Origin: Promethearchaeota archaeon
GTDB taxonomy: Archaea > Asgardarchaeota > Lokiarchaeia > Sigyniarchaeales > SOKP01
Length of the DNA stretch: 64,000 nucleotides
Direction of reading: 5' to 3'
NCBI GenBank assembly: GCA_016926735.1
Contig: JAFGOA010000071.1
Location: forward strand, 10,064 to 74,063
Both the position numbers and the translations under genes were made by a program. Positions 41,316 through 51,452 of this stretch are shown here, one piece after another; position 1 is the stretch's first letter, and each line of letters starts with the position of its first letter. The notes below the pieces were generated by a model. It was not told where the DNA came from, searched no databases, and saw only the letters and a list, made by a program, of their open reading frames with translations.

Positions 41316-42920
41316 CTAATGCCTAAATACTCTTTTTCCACAAAAGATTAAAGCACAATTAAGTTCATTTGCTCTTTTAATAACCATTTCATCCCTTATG
41401 GACCCACCAGGATTAATAATTGCTTTTGCTCCGGCTTCTACTGCCGCTTCTAATCCGTCAGGAAATGGAAAAAATGAATCAGTCCCCATAAAAGAGCCTT
41501 TCATAGATTCTTCATGTCCAAATTCTCGTGCCTTTTGGGCCGCTAATTTTACTACATGAACCCTACTTTGCTGACCCGCTCCTATTCCGATAGAATATAT
41601 TCCTGTGTCATATATTTGGGCAAAACACGCAGAATTGGATTTTGCCCATTTTGATACTTTGTAAGCAAAAATTAAAGCTTCTTTCTCAATTTCATTGACT
41701 TGTTTTTCAGTTACAACATTCCATTCTTTAATAACAGGTTTATGATCATACTCTTCTACTAACATACCTCCTAATGTTGATCTAAATTCAAGGTTATTAT
41801 AAATTTCTTCTCTTTTTGTCATAAAATTGTCAAATTGTAAAATTCTTAATTGTTCTTTAGTTTTTAAAATTTCAAGTGCCTCAAATTCAAAAGAAGGAGC
41901 CATTAATACTTCAATATAGATATTTTTTTTATTAACAATATAATCAGCAACCTCAGTTGTTAAGGGTTGATTAACACCCCAAATTCCACCAAAAGCAGAA
42001 AGTGGATCACAACTAAATGCCTTTTCAATAGATTTTAATTGACTAATTTTATCTAATGCCATTCCATTAGGAGAAGTATGTTTTAATATAGCAGTTACAT
42101 GATTATCTATATCAAAATCTAATAACATTTGAATGCAAGCATCAATATCTAAATAATTATTGAATGAGATAGTTTTTCCTCCTAGTTGCTTAAAAGAATG
42201 CAATCCATACTTTGCAGAAGTATCTTTATAATAAGCTGCTGCTTGATCCCAATTTTCTCCGTATCTACAATCTTGTACTTTCTCGTAGATTTTAATAATA
42301 GTATTATTCAGTTTAATATTAGGATTAAAGTATTTCTGAAGATAATTAGCAATCTCCGCATTATAATCCGCCATAATTGTGAAAACATCTTGTGCTAATG
42401 AAGCTCTCATATTATCTGATATTTTTCCATTATTTTCTCTTAGTTCTTTTATAATAGAATCATAATAATTTGGATTTGGAACAACAACGACGTCAGGAAA
42501 ATTTTTTGCAGCTGATCGAATCATAAGAGGACCTCCAATATCTATCATCTCTAAAGCTTCATTTAAAGTAGTATTTGGTTTTGAAATCGCTTCTTTAAAC
42601 TTATAGAGATTGCATACTATCATATCAATAGGAAGAATATTATTTGTTTTAGCATCTTGTGTATCTTTATCATTATGTCTTCTATAAAGAATACCTCCCT
42701 CAATCTTAGGATGAATCGTCTTAACCCTTCCATCAAACATTTCAGGCGATCCTGTAAATTCAGATATTTTTATAAAATTGATATTATTTTCAGCTAATAT
42801 TTTTCCTGTTCCACCAGTAGAAAGAATTTCTACATTGAATTCATTTGATAAAACCTTTGCAAATTCAACAACATCTTTTTTATCATAAACACTTATTAAT
42901 GCTCTTTTAATCTCTTTCAT
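41316..42920 (-). CDS. purH: Bifunctional AICAR transformylase/IMP cyclohydrolase
   Basis: 'RALISVYDK', 'STGGT', 'GRVKTIHP', 'IDIGGP', 'RYGEN', 'KH.SP.G', 'PGGSIRD', 'R.FRH'. Confidence 0.97.
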   Translation of the reverse strand: MKEIKRALISVYDKKDVVEFAKVLSNEFNVEILSTGGTGKILAENNINFIKISEFTGSPEMFDGRVKTIHPKIEGGILYRRHNDKDTQDAKTNNILPIDMIVCNLYKFKEAISKPNTTLNEALEMIDIGGPLMIRSAAKNFPDVVVVPNPNYYDSIIKELRENNGKISDNMRASLAQDVFTIMADYNAEIANYLQKYFNPNIKLNNTIIKIYEKVQDCRYGENWDQAAAYYKDTSAKYGLHSFKQLGGKTISFNNYLDIDACIQMLLDFDIDNHVTAILKHTSPNGMALDKISQLKSIEKAFSCDPLSAFGGIWGVNQPLTTEVADYIVNKKNIYIEVLMAPSFEFEALEILKTKEQLRILQFDNFMTKREEIYNNLEFRSTLGGMLVEEYDHKPVIKEWNVVTEKQVNEIEKEALIFAYKVSKWAKSNSACFAQIYDTGIYSIGIGAGQQSRVHVVKLAAQKAREFGHEESMKGSFMGTDSFFPFPDGLEAAVEAGAKAIINPGGSIRDEMVIKRANELNCALIFCGKRVFRH

Positions 42921-43261
42921 ATTTATTTCAAAAATTATAATATTATAATCATATCTTGAAGCAAATAATATATGAATTGAATTATTTTGCTCTGGTTATA
43001 ATTAATATTGCTTAAAATAAAAAATAACCTTCTAATTATTTATAAAAAAAATATGTATTATTATAGAAATTTAGCAATTAATTCGAATAATATAAATCTA
43101 ATAGTTTTAAATACATTGTTTTATTGGAAATAGTTTTTATGATTGAATAAATGTCTGTTAAAGACTTTAATTTATTTAAAAAACGATTTCCACTTCTATA
43201 AAAGCTATCTATAATAATAAAGACTTATAATAATAGTTTAAATAAATGATATTTAATAAAT

Positions 43262-44113
43262 ATGGTAAAATTTGGACTGAATATTCCTAATTTTGGAAGT
43301 TATTCGAATATTAATAATTTAATAAATTTAGCTATTACTGCTGAAAAAGCTGGATGGGAGGGATTTTTTTTATGGGACCATATATATCTTTCTACAAGAT
43401 TAGAAAAAAATAAACAAATTGGTATTCCATTTGTAGATCCTTGGGTTGCTCTTACTGCAATTGCTATGGTTACAAAAAATATGAAAATTGGTACATATGT
43501 AACTCCACTCCCTCGTCGCAGACCTTGGAAATTAGCAAGAGAGGTCGTTTCTCTTGACTGTTTAAGTAGAGGTAGATTAATACTAGGGATAGGATTAGGT
43601 GCACCAGATTTTGAATATGAAGGATTTGGAGAGGAAAAAAATATAATTACTCGAGCAAAAAAATGTGATGAAGGATTAGAGATCATAAAAGGATTACTTT
43701 CAGGAAAGGAATTCTCTTATAAAGGAAAATTTTATACAATAAAAACGGTTATTTTTAAACCAGAACCCTATAACGGAATAATTCCAATATGGATAGGTGG
43801 GAGATGGCCTAATAAAAAACCATTAGAGAGAGCCTCAAAATATAATGGATTTTGCCCCATTAGTGCTAGTTCAGAAAAGCTTAGTCCAAATGACATAGAA
43901 GAGATTGTAAATCTCATAAAAAGTTGTAGAAGTGATATCAATAATTTTGATGTTGTAATAGCTGGAGAATTACCTTTAAATAAAACCGAAGCAAAGAAAA
44001 TTATCTATCCATTTATAGAAAGCGGAATAACATGGTGGTTGGATTCTATTAATGATTGGAGAGGAACATTAGAAGAGATGGAAGAGTATATATCGAATGG
44101 ACCAGCTAAATAA
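43262..44113 (+). CDS. LLM-class flavin-dependent oxidoreductase
   Basis: 'AE.AGW.G.FLWDH', 'DPWV.L.AIA..T', 'LD.LS.GR..LG.GLG', 'PIWIGG'. Confidence 0.9.
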   Translation: MVKFGLNIPNFGSYSNINNLINLAITAEKAGWEGFFLWDHIYLSTRLEKNKQIGIPFVDPWVALTAIAMVTKNMKIGTYVTPLPRRRPWKLAREVVSLDCLSRGRLILGIGLGAPDFEYEGFGEEKNIITRAKKCDEGLEIIKGLLSGKEFSYKGKFYTIKTVIFKPEPYNGIIPIWIGGRWPNKKPLERASKYNGFCPISASSEKLSPNDIEEIVNLIKSCRSDINNFDVVIAGELPLNKTEAKKIIYPFIESGITWWLDSINDWRGTLEEMEEYISNGPAK

Positions 44114-44134
44114 GATCTTTTAAAAAAATGTGAA

Positions 44135-45613
44135 TTAATAATATGATATATTATCTAATAAATCATGAGGTCTAGCTTCTCTTTGACCGGCGTAAGATAC
44201 AATCCCAATTTTAACATTTTTCATGTTTTCTATAGAGGTTGCACCAGCATAGATCATTCCATTTTTTAATCCTTGCTTTAAAGTCTGTATTACAGATGAT
44301 AATCCTCCAACAAAAGGAAGATAACTTGAAACACCCTCAGGAAGTAATTTAGATCCTTCTACATACCGATCAGAAACAAATCCAATATCTCTTGCATTTT
44401 GACTACCCATTCCTCTATAAACTTTAACTTTACGTCCTTGAATTGTATCAATATAACCGGGACTTTCAGTACACCCCGCAAAAAAATGACCAGACATAAT
44501 TAAACTGGCACCAACAGAAAATGCTTTAGGAATGTCTCCTGGATTTTTAAACCCTCCATCAGCTATTAAACTCATCTTAGGGTTGTAATCTTGAATTGCA
44601 TCAGCAACTTCCGCAGTTGCGTATAATGTAGGTGCTCCTACTCCTGTTTGAATAGATGTAGAACAGATTGATCCTGAACCCATACCAACTTTAATTCCTA
44701 TGAATTTATCAGAATCAAAATCGCATTTTGTTAATAGATGCTCTGCGCCCTCATAAGTTCCAATATTTCCTAATACAAAATCAGAATCAAGAAAATTCAT
44801 TAATTCCTTGACACCAAGTATATCTTTTTCCTTGTAAAATTCTGCAACATCTGTAAAAAAAATATCAACATATTCATCTATGTTTTTCAGTTTATTTTTT
44901 GCTTCACTTGATTCGGGTAATTTAGGACTTATTGCCAGAGCACAAAGAAGTCTACCTTCTTTATCTATAGAAGCATATGGAAATTCTGGTTTTAAATCTT
45001 TTTTTGTAATAAGGCCTTTAAGATACCCATTTTCAATAATCGGTAATTTTTCTATTCGATTTTTATAAAGTATTTCTAAAGCTTCTTCTCGAGAAGATTC
45101 ACGTTCTATAGAAATAAGATCTTTTGTCATATAATCTATTAATTTTCCTGATTTTACTCTATCTTCTGTGAATGGAATATCTCTTTTGGTAAGAATACCT
45201 TTTACCTTATTCTCACTATCTATCACAACTAAACCACTTATTCCTTCTTGTTCCATTAGTGTTTTTGCTTCAAGGATGGATGCATTTATATCAATTGTAG
45301 CTACATCTCTTATTACAAAAGATCTGGCTCTTTTTACATTCTTGCACATTTTTAATTGTTTATCATAAGAACAATTGCGATGTAATACCCCCAAACCACC
45401 TAATAAAGCCATTCTTATTGCCATTTCATCTTCTGTGACTGTATCCATAGCAGCAGATATAATTGGAATGTTGAATTTATATTTACCTAATTTTGTGGAA
45501 ATATCAACATCATAGGTTTTTGTGAACCCTGGTAGAATCAATACATCATCAAAAGTAGCAACTATCTCTTTATGATGAACTTTATTACGAAAATAATCTG
45601 ACATTTTATTCAC
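44135..45613 (-). CDS. guaB: IMP dehydrogenase with CBS domains
   Basis: 'TFDDVLILP', 'SAAMDTVTE', 'KVGMGSGSICST', 'IADGG', 'YRGMGS', 'PEGV'. Confidence 0.93.
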   Translation of the reverse strand: MNKMSDYFRNKVHHKEIVATFDDVLILPGFTKTYDVDISTKLGKYKFNIPIISAAMDTVTEDEMAIRMALLGGLGVLHRNCSYDKQLKMCKNVKRARSFVIRDVATIDINASILEAKTLMEQEGISGLVVIDSENKVKGILTKRDIPFTEDRVKSGKLIDYMTKDLISIERESSREEALEILYKNRIEKLPIIENGYLKGLITKKDLKPEFPYASIDKEGRLLCALAISPKLPESSEAKNKLKNIDEYVDIFFTDVAEFYKEKDILGVKELMNFLDSDFVLGNIGTYEGAEHLLTKCDFDSDKFIGIKVGMGSGSICSTSIQTGVGAPTLYATAEVADAIQDYNPKMSLIADGGFKNPGDIPKAFSVGASLIMSGHFFAGCTESPGYIDTIQGRKVKVYRGMGSQNARDIGFVSDRYVEGSKLLPEGVSSYLPFVGGLSSVIQTLKQGLKNGMIYAGATSIENMKNVKIGIVSYAGQREARPHDLLDNISYY

Positions 45614-45930
45614 GATATAAGTTATTAATTAAGAAAATTTTTAGATTAAAATATTATTATAAAAATATTTCTTCTTACTCTATTAAAGTTTATTATAATT
45701 TATCTAAAAAAATCTCTTTAGCTAAGATAGAAGGAGATTTCAAAAAAATTTAACTGTTTTTCGAATCAGATAATTATCAAGTTTTATATATTGTTATTTT
45801 TGATTACACCTAAATTACTGATTCTGAGCTTGAATTCATAGAATAAAATATTTAAAAAAATAAATAAATAAAGTAATATCTGGTATGTTAGTATATTGAG
45901 ATATTGACTTTTTCAATTTAAAAGTTTGGG

Positions 45931-46995
45931 TTATTTTGTAAATGTAAAGCACGTTACAGGAGTTGCAGTTTTTATATTTTTTCCACCTGCTTCAGTAATA
46001 AATCTTAAGAACTCTTCTTTGGTAAAGAATCCATGTGCACCTTTAATTGTTTTAATATGGAGATCCATATATTTGTTTGCAAAAGGTATAAGCACTTGAC
46101 CTCCGAAGATTAAGCTCCCTGGTTTAGCAACCCTAATGATTTCCTTCAATGCTACCTTTGGATCTGTCCAGTGAAGAACTTGTGAGATATATATTATATC
46201 AAAAGTATTATCCTCGAAAGGTATGTCCGTAACGGAGCCCAATTCAAACTTTTTCGGAAAATAAGGACGATATGACTCGATTTGCTCTTTAGTATAATTC
46301 AAATGTGTTTTTAAGCGCAATTCAAATTCATTTTTAGCAATATCTAAGAGCCCTTCATCGGAATCAATACCGAAAATTTCCATATTTGTTCCTGGATAAA
46401 AGCATTTCTTTTTTTCATAGTAGCTCCAAATTACAGTAGTACCGAAACCATTTCCACAACCAACATCAAGGAATTTGCCAGTATAATTCAAAGCTTTGGA
46501 AAATTTAAAAGTAGATCCTCTTGCTATTTCATACATCTTGAGGCCTAATGCAACATCCCAATTAAATAATTGAAACCCCTTAGAAAAGCTAGGAGCACCA
46601 CCTTTTAATCGCTGTGGAATCACTTTAGCAAAACTACTTAGTACATCAACAGCTGAATCATTAAATACTTTAGGGATTGTAAATTTATCCTCAACTTCAC
46701 CTATAACTTGGTATTTCGACGTCTCTTCATTAAATATAATTGTTTCATCCTCGGTCAAAGTGTCTAGAACATATTGAAGAAATTCTCTATCTGTATACTT
46801 ATAATTTTCAGCGATCTCATTAATTGTTCTTGGAATAGCAAGAAAATTAAACCAATCCTCACCTTTTTCACCGAAGACTCGAATTACATTACCTCTATAA
46901 AAGTTATATATATCACGGGTTACTTTCTTTAAAGATGCTCCTACTTTTGCAACTGATCCTATCATAAATAGATATGTATTTAATTTCTTAGACAT
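45931..46995 (-). CDS. Class I SAM-dependent methyltransferase with an N-terminal HTH-like region
   Basis: 'FLDVGCGNG', 'PFEDNTFD', 'LHW.D....KEI.RV.KPG'. Confidence 0.85.
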   Translation of the reverse strand: MSKKLNTYLFMIGSVAKVGASLKKVTRDIYNFYRGNVIRVFGEKGEDWFNFLAIPRTINEIAENYKYTDREFLQYVLDTLTEDETIIFNEETSKYQVIGEVEDKFTIPKVFNDSAVDVLSSFAKVIPQRLKGGAPSFSKGFQLFNWDVALGLKMYEIARGSTFKFSKALNYTGKFLDVGCGNGFGTTVIWSYYEKKKCFYPGTNMEIFGIDSDEGLLDIAKNEFELRLKTHLNYTKEQIESYRPYFPKKFELGSVTDIPFEDNTFDIIYISQVLHWTDPKVALKEIIRVAKPGSLIFGGQVLIPFANKYMDLHIKTIKGAHGFFTKEEFLRFITEAGGKNIKTATPVTCFTFTK

Positions 46996-47187
46996 ATTAT
47001 CACTTCTTTTTTCTGACTTTTGGTAATAATAATCTAATAATTTTTATATAAAAATATTGCTAGTAATAGCAGGAAAAAACAATTTAAAACACAATTTACA
47101 AAAAATTAATAGTCGGAAAACTATTATATTAAAACCAAAACCCTATTAAAAATTAACAATAAAATTCCAAAATTTATTCCAATTATT

Positions 47188-47316
47188 AACCTTTCAGTTT
47201 GAGGAAAGGCCAGCCCTAAGGTTATCGGACTGTTCGCTTGTCACAGAGTTCAAGACATATTTTATATGTAATATCTTTCTAATTACTTCTACAGTCTTGA
47301 AGGACGTTATCCCACA
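47188..47316. ncRNA. Candidate structured RNA or regulatory element (unidentified)
   Basis: GC-elevated island in an AT-rich intergenic region; stems CCTTTC/GAAAGG, AACCTT/AAGGTT, TTCAAGAC/GTCTTGAA with inner GTAAT/ATTAC. Confidence 0.4.
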
Positions 47317-47623
47317 ATATTTGAAATAATATACAAAATACTTTTAGATATAAGGATTAGATTTGAATTTTAGTTTTTATTCTGTACAATTTAAAAAATT
47401 TTTAAAAGTACGATTAAATAATCTATATCAGTTTATTTACAATTAAAAATTACTTTTTATTCATTTCTATGTTAAATACTAAAAGCACTAATTTAAAAAA
47501 CAATTTTATATCTTATATTATAAATCATAAAAAAATTTTGAGAAATTATATAAAAAGTAAATTTCCTAATAGATAATTCTATAATAAAAATTTAAAAGCT
47601 ATGAAAAAGAGAGTATTAAAAAT

Positions 47624-48703
47624 ATGAAACTTATAGGTTTAAATCTTGGAGGATTTTTTTCACAAGTTGATGAATATACAGAAGAACATCTGAACAATTT
47701 TATCAGAGAAGATGATATTAAACAAATAAACAATTGGAATTTTAATTGTATCAGATTACCAATTGATTTTAATTTCTTTGAAATTCAAAAAGAAGAATAT
47801 AAGTATAGAGAAGATAGAATAAAAAGGATAGAAAATGTACTAACATGGACTCAGAAATACAATATGACTTTGATTTTTGATCTTCACAAAGCCCCAGGTC
47901 ATACATTTGAAGCAAGAGAGGATAGAGAAAATACAATATGGAATATAGAATCTGAAAATAGAAAAAGATTTTTAAGAATATGGGATTATCTGGCAGAAAG
48001 ATTTAAAGATCAAGAAAATATAATTTATGAAATACTAAATGAACCAGTTGCAAAAAAAGAAGATTTATGGTATAAGCTTGCTAAAGATGCTATTAAAGTT
48101 ATAAGAAATAGAGATGAAAAACATGAAATTATAATTGAATCAAATTTATGGGGAAAAACAGACTGTTTTAATAGTATGCCCCTTTTTAAAGATGATAAGA
48201 TCATATACAGCTTTCATTATTATCAACCTCATTGGGTTACTCATCAGACAGCGGAATGGATTGCTTTTTATATAAAAGATATACATAGAAAAAAGGAATA
48301 TTATCCAGGAAAAATTGAAATACCCCCGGATAAGTATAACATGCTTGGAGATAATTTTTATTTACAACGATTTAAAGAAGAGCATGGCTATTATTGGGAT
48401 AAAGAAAAAATGTTATCAACAATACAACCAGTACTAGATTTTAGAGAAAAATATGATGTACCAATTTTTTGCGGTGAATTTGGAATTATAGCCAAAGCAG
48501 ATCCAGAAGTAAGGAAAAATTGGATTGAAGATCTGATGGCAATTATGAGAGAAAATAAAATATCCTACACATATTGGACTTATAAAAATATGGATTTTGG
48601 GTTATTCGACTTTACTGAAAAATATAAAAATAATCAGAATTACCAAAATGAAAGAAGATTAGACGAAATAACACTAAAAGCAATTCAAAACGGAACTTTT
48701 TAA
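47624..48703 (+). CDS. Glycoside hydrolase family 5 (CelC-like), cytoplasmic
   Basis: 'G.NLGG', 'IRLPID', 'DLHKAPG', acid/base 'ILNEP', 'SFHYY', nucleophile 'CGEFG'; no signal peptide. Confidence 0.92.
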   Translation: MKLIGLNLGGFFSQVDEYTEEHLNNFIREDDIKQINNWNFNCIRLPIDFNFFEIQKEEYKYREDRIKRIENVLTWTQKYNMTLIFDLHKAPGHTFEAREDRENTIWNIESENRKRFLRIWDYLAERFKDQENIIYEILNEPVAKKEDLWYKLAKDAIKVIRNRDEKHEIIIESNLWGKTDCFNSMPLFKDDKIIYSFHYYQPHWVTHQTAEWIAFYIKDIHRKKEYYPGKIEIPPDKYNMLGDNFYLQRFKEEHGYYWDKEKMLSTIQPVLDFREKYDVPIFCGEFGIIAKADPEVRKNWIEDLMAIMRENKISYTYWTYKNMDFGLFDFTEKYKNNQNYQNERRLDEITLKAIQNGTF

Positions 48704-48866
48704 TATTTACTAATTTTATTTTTGCTTAATTTTATTTTTTTTGAAGGATTTTTAAGGATATTGAGAAAAATTATATTTCAAATATTTTTTTTTTAATGAA
48801 ATATTTTAAATTTTAGCAACAAAAGAATATCTTATTTTATCAAAACTACATAATGTTAAAAAAATA

Positions 48867-49460
48867 ATGAGACCAAATAAAGAAGTTATTTATTGTTTTA
48901 AAATTGTTATTTTGGGAGGAGGTGGAGCTGGAAAAACTTGTCTTTTTAATAGATATTGTTTTAATTCTTTTAATATGAATACAGAAATGACAATTGGTCT
49001 CAATTTTCATTCTACATATTTAAATATTGCACTTGACGAAGATAAAAGTTCAAATTCTAATGATAAATGCATAGTTAACTCCATATTTGATTTTGGAGGT
49101 CAAGAAAGATTTAAATCGTTAATTCCAAGATTATTAAATGGTACAGATGGAGCAATGTTAGTATTTGATTTAACTAGTTACTCATCATTTCAACAATTAG
49201 AGAATTGGTATAACCTTTTAGAATCAAAAATAGGAGGAAAAATACCTATTTTATTAATAGGTAGTAAAAGCGACTTATTAAAAACTACTTCAGAAATGGA
49301 AATAGTGCAAAAAGATGTTATCCAAGAGATGATAAAAAAAAATGATTTAGAAGGTTTTTTTAAGACATCATCTTTAGAAAATTATAATGTATTAGATGCA
49401 TTTAAGGAATTAAATAGGTTAATGTTGAAAAATAACAATATCAAAGCAAAGATCGAATAG
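48867..49460 (+). CDS. Rab/Ras-like small GTPase
   Basis: G1 GGGGAGKT, G2 MTIG, G3 DFGGQERF, G4 SKSD, G5 KTSS. Confidence 0.9.
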   Translation: MRPNKEVIYCFKIVILGGGGAGKTCLFNRYCFNSFNMNTEMTIGLNFHSTYLNIALDEDKSSNSNDKCIVNSIFDFGGQERFKSLIPRLLNGTDGAMLVFDLTSYSSFQQLENWYNLLESKIGGKIPILLIGSKSDLLKTTSEMEIVQKDVIQEMIKKNDLEGFFKTSSLENYNVLDAFKELNRLMLKNNNIKAKIE

Positions 49461-49554
49461 TTTTTTTAAAAATATACCACAATTTTCACACATTGTGTAT
49501 ATATATTATATAATTTCCACTTTTATAAGAATATTGATATATAAAAATAGTATA

Positions 49555-50622
49555 TTATGTTTCAAAAAGATAATCTGTAAAATTATTGAAAAATTCTTTT
49601 TGTTCCCTATTCAGATCAGGATATATTTCCTTTAGAGATAATTTCGCTTCAAAAACTAAATTTTTTGCTAATTGTTCTGCAATTTTTATTACTTTTGTCT
49701 CCTTAAATATATTATAAACAATTTCAACATCATTTTCATTAAGTACATCTTTTCTATAGATTTCATTTAGAATCTTTGATTGATCTTCATTTGTATTTTT
49801 AACTGCTAAGATATATATAATTTTTTTCTTTTTTCCAATAATATCTTCTTTAATATCAATTATATCATCTTTTATTGCATGTGCTTGTCCAATTTTTAGC
49901 ATAGCATTAGATAAAGGTTTTATTTGATAATGGAGATTTCCATTTGCTAATATCGCTCCTATTCTTACAGCTTTATCAAAAGTTCTAGCACGTTCCATTT
50001 CTGCTATAGTCAAATACTGCTCTAATGACATAGTGATGTGATGATATTGCATATATTCTTCTATAATTTGACCTTTTAAAATGCTATCCATTGCTTCAGT
50101 ATATTCATCTATCGCCATTATTTTTAATTTCTGTGGAAAATTAGAACTTCTTATAATATCTAAACCCAACAGGTAAGCATATGTTCCACCTAAAATTCCA
50201 ATATCTTTTCCATATTGTTCCCAATCTTTTGAACTTGTTGAAACGTCTTCATTCTTATAAAGATTCTTTATTTCTTTTTTAATTTGTTTGTGAAAAGTAG
50301 ATGAACCTCTTCTAAAGGCATCATCGTCTATTAAATCATCTTGTATAAGATGAGCATTATGTAAAAGCTCAATAGACATAGAAACTTTCCTAATTTCTTT
50401 AATTTGCTCTTCCAAATACATTGGATTTATAATTCCATTAAAAGCTTCGATTAATAAAATAGAATGAAGACGTTTTGCGTTTTTATTGAGGATAAATTCC
50501 TCAAATTCCGTTAAAAAATCACCAAATAAGATATCATCTTTTCTTTTATTGAGAATTCTAAAATATTTAATTAATTCTCTATCTATTATCTTTTTTTTTG
50601 AATCTAATAACTTTCTAATCAC
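49555..50622 (-). CDS. Polyprenyl diphosphate synthase family protein (divergent)
   Basis: FARM 'LIQDDLIDD..RRG', 'GQ', SARM 'IKDDIID'. Confidence 0.82.
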   Translation of the reverse strand: MIRKLLDSKKKIIDRELIKYFRILNKRKDDILFGDFLTEFEEFILNKNAKRLHSILLIEAFNGIINPMYLEEQIKEIRKVSMSIELLHNAHLIQDDLIDDDAFRRGSSTFHKQIKKEIKNLYKNEDVSTSSKDWEQYGKDIGILGGTYAYLLGLDIIRSSNFPQKLKIMAIDEYTEAMDSILKGQIIEEYMQYHHITMSLEQYLTIAEMERARTFDKAVRIGAILANGNLHYQIKPLSNAMLKIGQAHAIKDDIIDIKEDIIGKKKKIIYILAVKNTNEDQSKILNEIYRKDVLNENDVEIVYNIFKETKVIKIAEQLAKNLVFEAKLSLKEIYPDLNREQKEFFNNFTDYLFET

Positions 50623-50900
50623 ATTATCACGATATTAATAAAGATTCTTATCTATCAATATGATTTAAATTACTTAAATATCTTTTTTATGATTTCTTCT
50701 TTTTTTTTATAATTCCTATAACAATTGAATTATATCATTATAAATCATACATATTATTTCAATTTTAGTAATTGGAAGAGACTATCAAGAAAAAAAAGCT
50801 TCAAAAAAAGAGAAATTCAACAAAAAAAAAAGACCATAAATTTATTTACAATAATTTTTTTTTTAATTGTACTTCTATTAAAAAATTAAAGGTTTTTGTT

Positions 50901-51407
50901 TTGAAGATAGGTGTTATATCAGATACTCACGATCATTTACCCAATATTAAAAAAGCAGTAGATATCTTTAATGAAAAAAATATTGATGCTCTTATTCATT
51001 GTGGGGATTTTGTTTCCCCTTTTACCTTTAGGGTATTTGATGATTTGATTCCATCAATAAAAAATAATTTTTATGGTGTCTTTGGAAATAATGATGGAGA
51101 CAGAGTAGTATTAAAAGAAATTCTTGGTCAAATTTGCCATCTTGTGGGAGTTGAGTTAATTTCAGAATTTAATGGAATTAGAGTTTATGCAACTCACATG
51201 CCTAATAAAGAGACTGTGGATTCAATCGCAAAATCAGGAAATTTTGAAATAGTATTATATGGACATACTCATTCATCACTTGTTAAAAAGTATGATAATG
51301 GTGTTTTAGTTGTTAACCCAGGAGAATGCTGTGGTTATTTAAGTGGAAAGGCAACAATAGCTATTGTTGATACTCATATAGTTAATGCTGAAATTATTGA
51401 ACTTTAA
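50901..51407 (+). CDS. YfcE/MJ0936-type metallophosphoesterase (start TTG 50901 rather than 50772)
   Basis: 'KIGVISDTHD', 'HCGD', 'GNND', 'GHTH', 'VNPG'. Confidence 0.9.
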   Translation: MKIGVISDTHDHLPNIKKAVDIFNEKNIDALIHCGDFVSPFTFRVFDDLIPSIKNNFYGVFGNNDGDRVVLKEILGQICHLVGVELISEFNGIRVYATHMPNKETVDSIAKSGNFEIVLYGHTHSSLVKKYDNGVLVVNPGECCGYLSGKATIAIVDTHIVNAEIIEL

Positions 51408-51452
51408 TTTTTTTTTCGTTAAAAATATAGAGTTTCTTTTATAATTAATCAT

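Noticed and set aside
47200-47216. GAGGAAAGGCC resembling RNase P RNA CR-I
   Set aside because: No complementary CR-V/P4 strand downstream, and the element is too short.
47124-47258. Minus-strand 44-codon frame M-S-UGA-T-L-UGA-Q..., a UxxU selenoprotein-like spacing
   Set aside because: No SECIS or ribosome-binding site recognised, codons are atypical for this genome (GCG, CCG, CTG), and the tail is simply AT-rich sequence; most likely chance.
50772-50900. N-terminal extension of the phosphoesterase ORF
   Set aside because: Poly-A/T intergenic-like sequence; the family motif begins at TTG 50901.
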